Source of the DNA: Thermoplasmata archaeon
Lineage (GTDB): Archaea; Thermoplasmatota; Thermoplasmata; RBG-16-68-12
Assembly: GCA_036395115.1 (NCBI GenBank)
Contig: DASWDU010000011.1
Coordinates: forward strand, 549-64,548
DNA: 64,000 nucleotides
Direction: 5' to 3'
Shown: positions 38,870-48,658 of the stretch, one piece after another
Layout: every line of letters begins with the position of its first letter
How positions within the stretch are numbered: position 1 is the first letter of the stretch
The notes under the pieces: generated by a model
The model's input: the letters and a program-made list of their open reading frames with translations, nothing else
Told to the model about the DNA's origin: nothing
The model's database searches: none
Program-made: the position numbers and the translations under genes

Positions 38870-39418
38870 ATGGAAGATTACGCCCGCATCCTCGACTACT
38901 TACCGCAAGGCCATCCGGACCAGTCGAAGTTCCACCGTGAGCCGCTCGCGTACGCGCTCGGTGTGGACGAGTTCAAGCTGTTCGAGCTCGTGCCGAAGGA
39001 AGGAGTCGCCTTGTCGATTGGACAACGGGTGTACATCGGCAAGGAAGTCGACCAGCGGACGGAGGTCTTGCACGTGAAGCGCCGCGTCGGATACGAGGAG
39101 CTGACGACGGCCGCGCAGAAGGAGATGCCGTTCGTGGTCCAGGAGACGGTCAAAGAGAAAGAGGCGAAGTTCGTGGACTTCTTCAACCGCGCGCAGGCGA
39201 TCACGACGCGGTTCCACATGCTCGAGCTCCTCCCGGGCCTGGGGAAGAAGACAATGTGGGCGATCCTCGAGGAGCGAAAGAAAGGCCCGTTCCTGTCGTT
39301 CCAGGACCTCGAGCAGCGGGTCGCGAGCGTCCATCATCCGGAGAAGCTGGTCGCGAAGCGGATCGAGATGGAGATTTCCGACCCGACTCAGAAGTACCGG
39401 CTCTTCGTCGCCCGTTAA
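38870..39418 (+). CDS. DUF655 family putative nucleic-acid-binding protein
   Basis: EDYARILDYLPQG, FFNRAQAITTRFHMLELLPGLGKK. Confidence 0.9.
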   Translation: MEDYARILDYLPQGHPDQSKFHREPLAYALGVDEFKLFELVPKEGVALSIGQRVYIGKEVDQRTEVLHVKRRVGYEELTTAAQKEMPFVVQETVKEKEAKFVDFFNRAQAITTRFHMLELLPGLGKKTMWAILEERKKGPFLSFQDLEQRVASVHHPEKLVAKRIEMEISDPTQKYRLFVAR

Positions 39419-40224
39419 GCCGCGGCTTTCGTCAAGTCGGTCTCGATTTCTCGAACATCGTGGGACGACAGCCCGAGCTTCTTCCGCAGCGCTTCGAGGA
39501 GTTCGCGTTCTTCGTCGGTGATCGGGCCGCCTTCCAGTGCCTCGGCGGCGACCGCGCGGTAAATCCCTGTCCGGGTCTCGAGCACCTCTTCGATGACCTG
39601 GCTCTCGATCCGTTCCTGCTCCTCTTTCGAGATCCCGAGGTTCTCCCGGAGCTGCTCGACGAGCAGGCGTTCCGTCGCCGTCACTCGGCCGTCCTTCCAT
39701 GCCGTCATGACGGCGCGCGTGTACTCCTCGACGCGCTTCACCCGCTCGTCCATCGCGCGCTTGCGGCGGTCGTCGATGCCCTCCAGGTACTCGAGATCGA
39801 GCTCGTCGACGTTCATCGCCTCGCGCACGATATCGGAGAACGTGAGGTGGACGGAGGTCGCGCGGTCGATCTCCGCCAAGGTCATGTCCTTCGTCACCCC
39901 GGCGACCTTCACGGGGACGCGGACCGTCGAGAGGCGCTCCTTGATCCCCATCGCCCGCTCCCACCCGCGCGGCGCGAGGTAGTACGCGAGCATCCGTTGC
40001 TTCTCGCCTTCGATATGCGCCTTCGTCTCGACGAGAAAGCCGTCCCGGACCATCTCGTCGAGGTAGCGGGAGAGGTGCTTCCGCTGCACGCCCGCCGCGA
40101 ACGCGATTCCCTTCTGGGTCAGCGCTTGCGGCAGCACGTACCGCTCCTCCGTGTTCCGGAAGTCGGACAGATACAGCAGGATGCGGTCTTCCGTGCCGAG
40201 CGCGAGTGGTGAATCCGGCTTCAC
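39415..40224 (-). CDS. Winged-helix protein with two C-terminal TerB-like helical repeats
   Basis: LTQKGIA..AGVQRKHLSRYL HTH; repeats AWKDGRVTATER..VEQLRENLGIS and ALEGGPITDEER..LEALRKKLGLS. Confidence 0.6.
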   Translation of the reverse strand: MKPDSPLALGTEDRILLYLSDFRNTEERYVLPQALTQKGIAFAAGVQRKHLSRYLDEMVRDGFLVETKAHIEGEKQRMLAYYLAPRGWERAMGIKERLSTVRVPVKVAGVTKDMTLAEIDRATSVHLTFSDIVREAMNVDELDLEYLEGIDDRRKRAMDERVKRVEEYTRAVMTAWKDGRVTATERLLVEQLRENLGISKEEQERIESQVIEEVLETRTGIYRAVAAEALEGGPITDEERELLEALRKKLGLSSHDVREIETDLTKAAA

Positions 40225-40325
40225 GGCCCGGGAACGTTTTGCGTAGCGGATAATCCTTCGCGTGTCTCGATTCGGGGACCCGGTCGGCACCTTCTTAAAG
40301 CCTTTTCGGACTCGCTCGAGGGCGC

Positions 40326-41660
40326 ATGCTCACGCTCCCGATGCAACCGCCTCCGGAGTTCGGCGCGCTCTTCGACGCGGACACGCGTGCCGCGATCGCG
40401 AGCGGCCTCTGCGTCTCGTGTCGTGGCGCGAAGCTCCTCTGCGGCAAATCGCGCTGCCCGATCATGGTCCGCTGGGACTCCATGATGAAGACCGCCCCGA
40501 TGATCGATCGGGTGGATCTCGACGGCTCCTCCCCGCCGGGGGTGTTCGTCGGCCGCTTCGGCTATCCGAAGGTCTTCGTCGGACCCCTCGTGCCGCCGGT
40601 CCACGGCGACACGCAGATCCTCGATTCGCCGGAGGCATGGGTCGGCCTTCCGATGGACGACATCGTGAGGTTCCGGTCGCAGCTCGTCCGCGGCATGCAC
40701 CGGGTGCACGTGATGGACGTCGACCGCGGTGGCCGGCTCGTCGACTCGACGCGGGAGCTCGCCCTCGCGACGTCGCCGGCAGAGGTCGAGGCGGGCTTCA
40801 GCCGTAGGCCGCACGGCCGCGTCGTCCTGGACGACAACGTGCAACCGTTCGGGCCGTCCGCGCCGCTGACGCGCCTCGACGTCGGCACGCTGAAAGTCGA
40901 CGCGGCCATCGACCGCGCGTATTCGGACGCGGACCTGAAGGCGAAGGACGCCGTCCTCGGGCTCTTCGACCGGAATGTCCCGGTCTCCAAGATCCAGCGG
41001 GCGTTCAGCGTCGGCGCGTTCGGGATCGAGAAGGCGCGTCGGTTCGTGCCCACCCGGTGGTCGATCACCGCCGTCGACGACACGATCGGCAAGGCGTTGC
41101 GGGACCAGGTGAAGTCGTCGCCGCTGATCAACGAGATCCGAGTGTACGAGGCGGTCGGGTACGACGACCGATTCCTGGCGGTCATGATCCCGAGGCCGTG
41201 GCGGTACGAGCTGATCGAGGCGTGGTATCCGAACACCTTGTGGAACCCGCTCGGGCGCGAGATCGTGATGTTCGGGGACCACGAAGGGTTCGAGGGCCGC
41301 ACGACGTACGCGAGCATCGGCGGCTGCTACTACGCTGCGCGCCTCGCCGTCGGGGAGGCGTTGGTCCGGGAACGCCGACAGGCCGCGACGGTCATCTTGC
41401 GCGAGACGCACCCGGGGTACATCATGCCGGTCGGCGTCTGGAACGTCCGGGAGCACGTGCGGGAGGCCCTGCGGCGCCGCCCCGCCGTATTCGAGACGAT
41501 GGCCGCGACCCTGTCCCATCTTCGGACGCGGCTGGACATCCCGATGGAGCGATACGTCCGCGTCAGCGAGGTCCTCAAGCACGTCCTGTACCAGCGGACG
41601 TTCGACGACTTCGTCCTCTGGGATGCGGGCCGCCTCGCGCTCCCGGCGTCGCAGGCTTAA
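40326..41660 (+). CDS. nreA: Archaeal DNA repair protein Nre
   Basis: CVSCRG..LLCG..RCP, GSSPP.VFVGRFGYPKV, PTRWSITAVDD, GGCYYAARL, PVGVW.VRE, PIP-like QRTFDDF. Confidence 0.9.
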   Translation: MLTLPMQPPPEFGALFDADTRAAIASGLCVSCRGAKLLCGKSRCPIMVRWDSMMKTAPMIDRVDLDGSSPPGVFVGRFGYPKVFVGPLVPPVHGDTQILDSPEAWVGLPMDDIVRFRSQLVRGMHRVHVMDVDRGGRLVDSTRELALATSPAEVEAGFSRRPHGRVVLDDNVQPFGPSAPLTRLDVGTLKVDAAIDRAYSDADLKAKDAVLGLFDRNVPVSKIQRAFSVGAFGIEKARRFVPTRWSITAVDDTIGKALRDQVKSSPLINEIRVYEAVGYDDRFLAVMIPRPWRYELIEAWYPNTLWNPLGREIVMFGDHEGFEGRTTYASIGGCYYAARLAVGEALVRERRQAATVILRETHPGYIMPVGVWNVREHVREALRRRPAVFETMAATLSHLRTRLDIPMERYVRVSEVLKHVLYQRTFDDFVLWDAGRLALPASQA

Positions 41661-41680
41661 GGCGCGCGGGGCGCTTCCGG

Positions 41681-42142
41681 GTGGTCGTGCCCGCATCCGC
41701 GGAATCCCCGGACGAGCCGGTCCCTGCCGTCAGCGCGATCGTTTTCCGGGGCGATGAGGTCCTCCTCGTGAAGCGGGCATCCGAACCGAACAAGGGGCGG
41801 TGGAGCATCCCGGGGGGCGTCCTCGAAGTCGGAGAGACGATCGAGGAGGCGGCGATTCGAGAGACGCGCGAGGAGACGAACGTCGTCGTGCGCCCGCGGG
41901 AGGTGTTCGGCGTGAGCGATTACATCGAGAGGGACGGGTCAGCCGTCCGATGGCATTACGTCCTGATCGACCTCCTCTGTGACTACGTCAGCGGAGATCC
42001 GTTCCCGGCGACGGACACCGAGAACGCCCGCTTCATCCCGCTCCGAGAACTCGGGGAGTACGAACTCGCGCCCGCCGCACTCGAGGTCGTCCAGGAGGCC
42101 GCAAAGGACCGCGGGAGCGCAGCGCTTTCGGGCCCGCGCTGA
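41681..42142 (+). CDS. NUDIX hydrolase
   Basis: WSIPGGVLEVGETIEEAAIRETREET Nudix box. Confidence 0.9.
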   Translation: MVVPASAESPDEPVPAVSAIVFRGDEVLLVKRASEPNKGRWSIPGGVLEVGETIEEAAIRETREETNVVVRPREVFGVSDYIERDGSAVRWHYVLIDLLCDYVSGDPFPATDTENARFIPLRELGEYELAPAALEVVQEAAKDRGSAALSGPR

Positions 42143-42167
42143 TCTGCGAAGCCTCTTGTGGGCTCGG

Positions 42168-42887
42168 ATGCATTCGCGTCCCGTGGCGGTTCCATCCGGC
42201 ATCGCCCGCAAGATCCGGACGATCCTCGACGTGCAGGACGTCCCGATCGCTCCACCCGCACGACGCGGAGGCCGCAGCTGGCTGCTGCATCCCCGCCGGC
42301 TCGAGGTCCTGCTCGCGTCGGCCGCGTATCCGGGCCTGCACGAGCGATCCGCGTCCCGGCTCCTGCTCCTGCCGCTCCCGTCGCTCCGATACCATGTGGA
42401 GCAGCTTGTGGCCCAAGGATTCCTCGAACGTCGTCGATACGCCGGTCGCACGTCCCTCTTCGCGTCCGGGATGTATCCTCGGGCATCCGAGTGCTTCCTC
42501 GTCGCGTGGGAGGACCGCATCGATCGGGCGATCCTCGTCGCACTCGCGCGAACGCCGAAGGCAGCGGCCGACGCGATTGCGAAGGCGGCCCGCATCTCCA
42601 CCCCGGGGGCCGTGGCAGGGCTCCGGCGACTCGCCGCGATTGGCGCCGTCCGGCTCTCTCGGGACCGCGTGCCTCGCGCATCCCTGACCGCAGGGTGGCG
42701 TGCGTTCGAACGAGACTGCCACGTGCGGACCGGCGCGCGCCTCGATCGCTTCGTCGCCCTGTTGCAGCGCGACGACCTGCACCCGGTCGTCGAGCCTCTG
42801 GACCGGAGCCGCGTGCGCATCACGGTCGACGGGCCACGCTCCCGGATCCGTTTCGTGCTGCCGCTCGATCCGATCGCTCGAGGGTAA
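42168..42887 (+). CDS. Putative double winged-helix DNA-binding protein
   Basis: LHPRRLEVL...YPGLH...SLRYHVEQLVAQGFL and a second HTH-like segment. Confidence 0.55.
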   Translation: MHSRPVAVPSGIARKIRTILDVQDVPIAPPARRGGRSWLLHPRRLEVLLASAAYPGLHERSASRLLLLPLPSLRYHVEQLVAQGFLERRRYAGRTSLFASGMYPRASECFLVAWEDRIDRAILVALARTPKAAADAIAKAARISTPGAVAGLRRLAAIGAVRLSRDRVPRASLTAGWRAFERDCHVRTGARLDRFVALLQRDDLHPVVEPLDRSRVRITVDGPRSRIRFVLPLDPIARG

Positions 42888-42941
42888 GGCTTCCCAGAAC
42901 TCCGTCGATATGTTTATCGGGCCTCCACTCCGTGCGCTATC

Positions 42942-43958
42942 GTGGCCGCCCCTACCCCTGCGCCCGCCGGCCCGCCGGTGCCGTATTGGCCGTCCGTCGT
43001 CGTGAAGCCGGACACGCTCCGGGGCGTGCAGACGTACTACGTTTGCCTGATCCTCGACATCATCTTCGGCGTGTTCGCGCTGACCGTCGGTACCGCGGCG
43101 ATCCTGCTGACGACGTCCGATCAGGCGTCTGCCTTCGCTGCGGCGTCGATCATCGGTTCCGCGGCGTGCGGCCTCGTCATTGTCTTCGTGATTAACTTCA
43201 TCGTCGCGCTCATGTCCGTCCTCCGCATGCACCACGGGGCGAACGAATACGGCCCCGACCACGCCCGAGACGCGAGCCGCGGCGTCCTCTTCAAGTGGAT
43301 CGGCACGACGCTTTCCACGATCGCCACGATCCTCGTTGTGTCCCTGCTCATCACGGGCAGCTCGTTCCTACTCGGAGCGGGAACCGTGTCCGGGACCGTC
43401 TTCGTGCCGTTGCTCGTGACGGTCTTCTGGACCGCCGGCGTCGGCTCGAAGGCCCAGATGTACCGCTTCATGGTCCGATCCCTCCAGCCTCCGGAGACCC
43501 GTCGGTGGGCCGACGCCGCGAGCGTCCTCATCCCGACCCTCGGCGTCATCGGGATCGCCGCGGTCGGATTCCTGACCGTCCGTCTGCTCGACCTCGCAGC
43601 GAACCCGTCCACCGTCTCCTCGGAGGAAGCCCTCCGGATGTCGACGCTGCTCATCGGCGGCGTGTTCCTTCCGCCGGGCCTCGCCCTCGTCGGGTACGTG
43701 ATCTTCCTCTCCATCTATGCGAAGACACGGGCCCGGCTCGATGCCGGGCTCGCACAGCTGTACCGGGCGGTGCCCCCGCCGCTCGCTTGGGCGTGGCCAC
43801 CCGCCCCTGCGCCCGCGCCATCTCCCGCTCCTTCGAACCCGTCGGCCGTAGCGGCGCCGCCGCCTGCCGTCGCGTCGGGGAATTGCGCGACGTGCGGGGT
43901 CGCGGTGCCCGCCGAGGCGATGTTCTGCATGAACTGCGGGACCCGAGTGCGAGGGTGA
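42942..43958 (+). CDS. Multi-TM membrane protein with Pro-rich linker and C-terminal zinc ribbon
   Basis: About 6 TMs; CATCG...AMFCMNCG. Confidence 0.72.
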   Translation: MAAPTPAPAGPPVPYWPSVVVKPDTLRGVQTYYVCLILDIIFGVFALTVGTAAILLTTSDQASAFAAASIIGSAACGLVIVFVINFIVALMSVLRMHHGANEYGPDHARDASRGVLFKWIGTTLSTIATILVVSLLITGSSFLLGAGTVSGTVFVPLLVTVFWTAGVGSKAQMYRFMVRSLQPPETRRWADAASVLIPTLGVIGIAAVGFLTVRLLDLAANPSTVSSEEALRMSTLLIGGVFLPPGLALVGYVIFLSIYAKTRARLDAGLAQLYRAVPPPLAWAWPPAPAPAPSPAPSNPSAVAAPPPAVASGNCATCGVAVPAEAMFCMNCGTRVRG

Positions 43959-44000
43959 CGCCCGGGTAACCGGAACCCACATGTGCCGGGAAACGCTCCC

Positions 44001-44312
44001 ATGCGCGTGGCGGCGACTTCGCAACTTCGGATCTATACGATCAAGGAAGGCAAGATGGAGGAGTGGCTTGACGGCTGGACGCGCGGCGTGCTCCCGCTCC
44101 GCCGCAAATTCGGATTCCGCGTCGATGGCGCATGGGTCGTCCGAGGGGAGAACCGGTTCGTCTGGGTCCTCACCTACGACGGCGGCGGGGGCTTCGAGAC
44201 GCGCGACGCCGACTACTACGCATCCCCGGAGCGCAAGGCCCTGAGCCCCGACCCCGCGCCACTCATCGAGAAGGCGGAGACGTGCTTCGTGACCTCCGCC
44301 CTTTCCCGCTGA
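44001..44312 (+). CDS. NIPSNAP family protein
   Basis: QLRIYTIKEGKMEEW...FGFRVDGAW...FVWVL...YYASPER. Confidence 0.78.
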   Translation: MRVAATSQLRIYTIKEGKMEEWLDGWTRGVLPLRRKFGFRVDGAWVVRGENRFVWVLTYDGGGGFETRDADYYASPERKALSPDPAPLIEKAETCFVTSALSR

Positions 44313-44394
44313 CGACGCCCGGTCGAGGCGTATCGGTTCATCGATCCCTTGCACGGTCGGCGGGAGGCCGCAACTCCGACGTCTTCCGGGACCT

Positions 44395-45351
44395 CTATCT
44401 CGAGTCCCCGAGCGCGCCGAGCGCCCGCAACGTGATCCACTTGCTCGGCGCATGGAGTCGTTCGAGAGCGAATCGGCGAACGCCTTCCTCTCGGTGATAG
44501 TTCGCCCCCCGCGCGAGGTCCGGGTGGACGGCCTCCAGGGTCCACCTCCCGTCCGGTCGCATCTTCTGCCTGAGCAGCGACCGCGCGGGCTCGTTCCGCG
44601 GATCGTCGCCGTATCCGAGGCGGGCGAGCGTCTCGAGGCCGACGAGGGCGTCGTAGTAGTAGTGGACTGGGTAGTGCAGGCGTTCCCACGACATGTAACG
44701 TTGGCGGCCTTCGCGGAGGAGCGTTCGCTCGAGGTAGAATTCAGCCCCCCGTTCAACCGCGTGTTTCCATCTGCGGGTCCAACGCCGACGCCCGATCACG
44801 GCGTACGCGGCCAGCGCCTCCCAGCAGTCGAGCGTCCCGTTCGGACGGCCGAAACAGTCCCACCCGCCGTCGTCGAGCTGCTGGTCGGCGAGCCAGTCGA
44901 GGGACGCCCTCACCCGGCGATCCTCCGTGAGGCCGAAGAGGATCATCATCCGCGCCGTGTTGCCGACGAAGCAGAAGTGGGGCTCGCCTCCGAGTCGGCA
45001 GAACGGCCCCTCGGACCCGCCGTAGTCCTGCAGCATGAGGTCCACCGCACGGCGGACTTTCGGGTGGCGGGCGGTGAGGCCGAGTTCGGCGAGGGCGAGC
45101 AGTCGCCAGTTCGTCGCCACATACTTCGGCCGGTACAGGCTCTCCCGGGTCTTCCAGAAGCCGCGCGGATCCTGTTCGGCGAGGATCTCCGCAGCCCATC
45201 CGCGCGTTGGGATCTGTCGGCGCGCGACGCGGGCCTGCGCCGATTCCGGCGATCGGCCCTCGACCTCCACTAGATAGCGGTACCACGCCGCCGGTTGCGC
45301 GGAGTCCGCAAGCCAAGCATCCCGCTCGCGACGGGGCACAGCGAACGGCAT
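44395..45351 (-). CDS. Prenyltransferase/squalene-oxidase repeat (alpha/alpha toroid) protein
   Basis: QW-like repeats AEQDPRGFW and QQLDDGGWDC; YP.HYYYD.L; PSKWITLRAL. Confidence 0.7.
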   Translation of the reverse strand: MPFAVPRRERDAWLADSAQPAAWYRYLVEVEGRSPESAQARVARRQIPTRGWAAEILAEQDPRGFWKTRESLYRPKYVATNWRLLALAELGLTARHPKVRRAVDLMLQDYGGSEGPFCRLGGEPHFCFVGNTARMMILFGLTEDRRVRASLDWLADQQLDDGGWDCFGRPNGTLDCWEALAAYAVIGRRRWTRRWKHAVERGAEFYLERTLLREGRQRYMSWERLHYPVHYYYDALVGLETLARLGYGDDPRNEPARSLLRQKMRPDGRWTLEAVHPDLARGANYHREEGVRRFALERLHAPSKWITLRALGALGDSR

Positions 45352-45393
45352 CGATTCGTTCCTCATTAAGCCGAGGCCTGAGCTGGTCGGCCC

Positions 45394-45666
45394 TCAAGAT
45401 TTGCCAAATCGTTTCGTGGCCCTCGCGTGGGCGCGCGCCGCTTCGAGCTCCCGATTCCGCGGCTCCGAACCGGTCACCAGGGAGTCCAACAAGTTCCGGA
45501 CGGCCGCCGCGACGTCAACGACGGCACGATTGAACGCATCATCGTTGGCGCGCGAAGGCTTACTGAATCCCGATACCTTCCGGACGAACTGGAGCGAGGC
45601 TTCTCGGATCTCCGCGTCGGTCGCGGCAGGGTCGAAGTTGAACAAGGTCTTGATGTTCCGGCACAT
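45394..45666 (-). CDS. DUF2277 family protein
   Basis: MCRNIKTLFNFDPAATDAEIREASLQFVRKVSG. Confidence 0.85.
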   Translation of the reverse strand: MCRNIKTLFNFDPAATDAEIREASLQFVRKVSGFSKPSRANDDAFNRAVVDVAAAVRNLLDSLVTGSEPRNRELEAARAHARATKRFGKS

Positions 45667-45858
45667 GTCGTTCTCACCCCGAGGAGGCGGTAAACCCCGA
45701 ACCGATCCTATCCGGAAAATGTTTCGCGCACGAGCCCCGACGCGCCCCGTGGGCTGCCTCCAGCCGACGGGATAGAACCTCCCGATCTCCGCGAAACGCT
45801 TCACGTCCGGAACCCAGATATGGAGGCTTGCCAATGTGGGAGCGGTGGTGGGTGAGGG

Positions 45859-46251
45859 ATGAATACCGAAGGTGAGAGCCGCACCGTCCGCGGATTGATC
45901 AACGCGGTTAACGATCGTGACTGGGATCGAATTCGTGACAGTTATCGGGCGGACATCATCATGGAGCATCCCGCGTACCCGGAACCAGTCGTCGGATCCC
46001 GCCAGGTTCTCGAATATCTGAAGAAACTGATCGGGGACTTCCCGGACCTCCATGTTGAGATCGCCAACATGTTCGGCGATCGCGGATGGGTCTGTGTGGA
46101 ATCCGACATCACGAGTACATTCCGAGGGGCGCCGTTGCAGTACCCGGAGTGCGTCGTCCTCCGGGTCGAGGACGGTCAAATCGCGCGCGAACGACACTAC
46201 GTCGACCTCCTGGTGTTCCAGAGGGGATCGAGTCCGACACCGACCCGGTGA
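45859..46251 (+). CDS. SnoaL-like / NTF2 family protein
   Basis: AVNDRDWD...FPDLHVEI...DGQIARERHYVD. Confidence 0.78.
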   Translation: MNTEGESRTVRGLINAVNDRDWDRIRDSYRADIIMEHPAYPEPVVGSRQVLEYLKKLIGDFPDLHVEIANMFGDRGWVCVESDITSTFRGAPLQYPECVVLRVEDGQIARERHYVDLLVFQRGSSPTPTR

Positions 46252-46282
46252 GGCTCGCACATCGGCGTGTGGATGGAAACGG

Positions 46283-46334
46283 TTAACCAAACCGTTAAAT
46301 ATCCGGCTCGCATATCACTTAACCAGATGGTTAA
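46283..46334 (+). promoter_or_regulatory. Tandem palindromic operators for the ArsR regulator
   Basis: TTAACC-AAAC-CGTTAA (46283-46298) and perfect TTAACC-AGAT-GGTTAA (46319-46334) overlapping the ATG. Confidence 0.7.
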
Positions 46335-46698
46335 CCGACTAGCGGTCGAAACGGACCTGGACGCGATCTTCGCGGCCCTGGCCCATCCGATTCGGCGGGC
46401 CATCCTCGAGCAGATCTCCGGCGACGAAGCCACCGTGGGTGAGCTCGCGGAACCGCACAAGGTGAGCTTGCCTGCGATCTCGAAGCACCTGCGCGTCCTC
46501 GAGGAGGCGGGGCTGATCCGGATCGAACCGGAGGGGCGCGTACACCGCGTCCAGATCGATGCGGCTCCGCTGAGCGCGGCGTTCGGCTGGCTCACCCGGT
46601 ACCGCGTGCTCTGGGAAGACCGGTTCGATCGGTTGGCCGAGCACCTCGAGCGAAGGCCGAGGAAGTCGAGTTCCCGAAAAGTCAGGAGGAAGACGTGA
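46327..46698 (+). CDS. ArsR/SmtB family transcriptional regulator
   Basis: LDAIFAALAHPIRRAIL...VGELA..SLPAISKHLRVLEEAGLI. Confidence 0.9.
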   Translation: MVNRLAVETDLDAIFAALAHPIRRAILEQISGDEATVGELAEPHKVSLPAISKHLRVLEEAGLIRIEPEGRVHRVQIDAAPLSAAFGWLTRYRVLWEDRFDRLAEHLERRPRKSSSRKVRRKT

Positions 46699-47678
46699 TG
46701 CCAACACAGACGAAGAAACCAGCGAAGGGACAGGCGAAGGAGAACGAGCTCGTGGTCACGCGGACGTTCGATGCGCCGCGCGACCGCGTGTGGAAGGCGT
46801 GGACGGAGCCGGAGGAGGTCAAACGGTGGTGGGGCCCGAAAGGGTTCACGGCCCCGTTCTCCAAGATCGACCTCCGGGTCGGGGGAAAATACCTTTACTG
46901 CATGCGTTCGCCGGACGGCAAGGACTACTGGGGCACGGGCGTGTACCGCGAGGTCGTCCCCAAGACGAAGATCGTCGCCACGGACAGCTTTGCGGATGCG
47001 AACGGCAACGTCGTCCCAGCGTCTCACTACGGCTTCACCGCGGACTTCCCGCTCGAGTTGCTCGTGACGATCACACTCGAGGATGTCGGCGGAAAGACAA
47101 AGATGACGCTACGGCACTCCGGCTTCCCCGCCGGACCGGACCGAGAGGGCGCGGAGCAGGGCTGGACCGAGTCGTTCGAGAAGCTTGCGGCCTCGATCTC
47201 GGAAGGGTCCTCCGGGACGAAGTTCGTCACGGACCGGGGGAAGCGGCAGGTCGTGATGTCTCGCGTGTTCAACGCCCCGCGGGAGCGCGTCTTCCGGACC
47301 TACACGGACCCGAAGCTCATCCCTCGGTGGTGGGGCCCGCGGAGGCAGACGGCGACCGTCGAGACGATGGACGTGCGCAAGGGCGGCCGGTGGAGGTACG
47401 TCTCCCGGGACCCGGACGGAACCGAGTACGGGTTCAGGGGGGAGTACCGTGAGGTCGTCCCACCCGAGCGCCTCGTGTCCACGTTCGAGTTCGAGGGGAT
47501 GCCGGGCCACGTCCTCCTGGACACGGCGACGTTCGAGGATCTCGGCCCGAGGACGCGGGTGACGATCACGTCCCAGTTCGACTCCGTCGAGGACCTCGAG
47601 GGGATGGTCGGGTCTGGGATGGAGGGCGGGGCACGCGAGACGTGGGATCGCCTCGAGGAGCTCCTCGCGAAGACGTGA
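46698..47678 (+). CDS. Tandem SRPBCC (AHSA1-like) domain protein
   Basis: Two repeats of R.F.APR.RV...TDP/EP...WWGP...D.R.GG. Confidence 0.88.
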   Translation: MPTQTKKPAKGQAKENELVVTRTFDAPRDRVWKAWTEPEEVKRWWGPKGFTAPFSKIDLRVGGKYLYCMRSPDGKDYWGTGVYREVVPKTKIVATDSFADANGNVVPASHYGFTADFPLELLVTITLEDVGGKTKMTLRHSGFPAGPDREGAEQGWTESFEKLAASISEGSSGTKFVTDRGKRQVVMSRVFNAPRERVFRTYTDPKLIPRWWGPRRQTATVETMDVRKGGRWRYVSRDPDGTEYGFRGEYREVVPPERLVSTFEFEGMPGHVLLDTATFEDLGPRTRVTITSQFDSVEDLEGMVGSGMEGGARETWDRLEELLAKT

Positions 47679-47722
47679 ACGGAGGACTGGGTGGACCCGC
47701 CGCCGGCTGGCCCGGCGGCGGC

Positions 47723-48085
47723 TCAATAGCCCTTCGTGTCGACGACGCAGAAGAGATTGCCTTCCGGGTCCTCGAGGACCACGAAATCCTCGCCGGGATC
47801 TCGGGGTCGGTAGCGGGTCGCGCCGAGACGGAGCAAGCGTTCGACCTCTCCCTCTTGGTCGTCCGTGTAGAGGTCGAGATGCAACACGTTCCGTTCGGGG
47901 GGCATCCCGTCGATCGATACGTTCGGTCCTTTCCCGGTCGGGTCCTTCAAGATGACGAACGGATCCTCGGGGTCGGGCGGTCGGCCGGGGCGGTACCCGA
48001 GGGCCTCCTGCCAGAAGGCCATCATTCGGTCGAAGTCTCTGACGTCGATGACGATCGACCCGATCCGCACGTTGCCCTTCTCCAT
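47723..48085 (-). CDS. VOC/glyoxalase family protein
   Basis: IVIDVRDFDRMMAFWQEALG...HLDL...LEDPEGNLFCV. Confidence 0.85.
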   Translation of the reverse strand: MEKGNVRIGSIVIDVRDFDRMMAFWQEALGYRPGRPPDPEDPFVILKDPTGKGPNVSIDGMPPERNVLHLDLYTDDQEGEVERLLRLGATRYRPRDPGEDFVVLEDPEGNLFCVVDTKGY

Positions 48086-48153
48086 GAGCCCATGACCCGA
48101 GGTTCGGGCGATAAACTTTGCTCTTGTGCTCTCCCCTGAGACCGGCCTGCGCT

Positions 48154-48540
48154 TCATCCTCGACGGAACGTGAGGGAGGCGGAGTTGATACAGTACCTCA
48201 ACCCGGTCGGCCGGGGTCCGTCGTCGAACACGTGCCCTAGGTGGGAACCGCAGTTGGCGCATTCGACCTCCGTCCGCCGCATGAACAGACTCCGATCTTC
48301 CTTCTGCCGTACGCTTTCCTTGTCGACCGGCGCCCAGAAGCTCGGCCAGCCCGTTCCGGAGTCGTACTTCGTCCCTGCGGTGAAAAGCTCCTTCCCGCAG
48401 ACGACGCATGCGTAGACGCCGGGCTCGTGGTTGTTCCAATATTCCCCGGTAAAGGGTCTCTCGGTCCCCGCGTTGATGCAAACTTCGTACTGCAATGGCG
48501 TGAGCTTTTGCCGCAGCTTCGCCTTGTCTAGCGTCTCCAC
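48154..48540 (-). CDS. msrB: Peptide-methionine (R)-S-oxide reductase
   Basis: GTERPFTG, SGTGWPSF, HLGHVFDDGP, RYCINS. Confidence 0.95.
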   Translation of the reverse strand: METLDKAKLRQKLTPLQYEVCINAGTERPFTGEYWNNHEPGVYACVVCGKELFTAGTKYDSGTGWPSFWAPVDKESVRQKEDRSLFMRRTEVECANCGSHLGHVFDDGPRPTGLRYCINSASLTFRRG

Positions 48541-48658
48541 GAGGACGAACTCAGCCTCCGCTCCGTTTTAAGCTTTCGTTTGAGCAGATAGGTTCGGACC
48601 TGCGGAATCCGATCGGTCCGGATTCGGTGCGCGAAGCCATAAGCCGGTCCGTGTTATC

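Noticed and set aside
44395..45351. Squalene-hopene cyclase
   Set aside because: Only ~318 aa with QW-like repeats and no DxDD catalytic motif.
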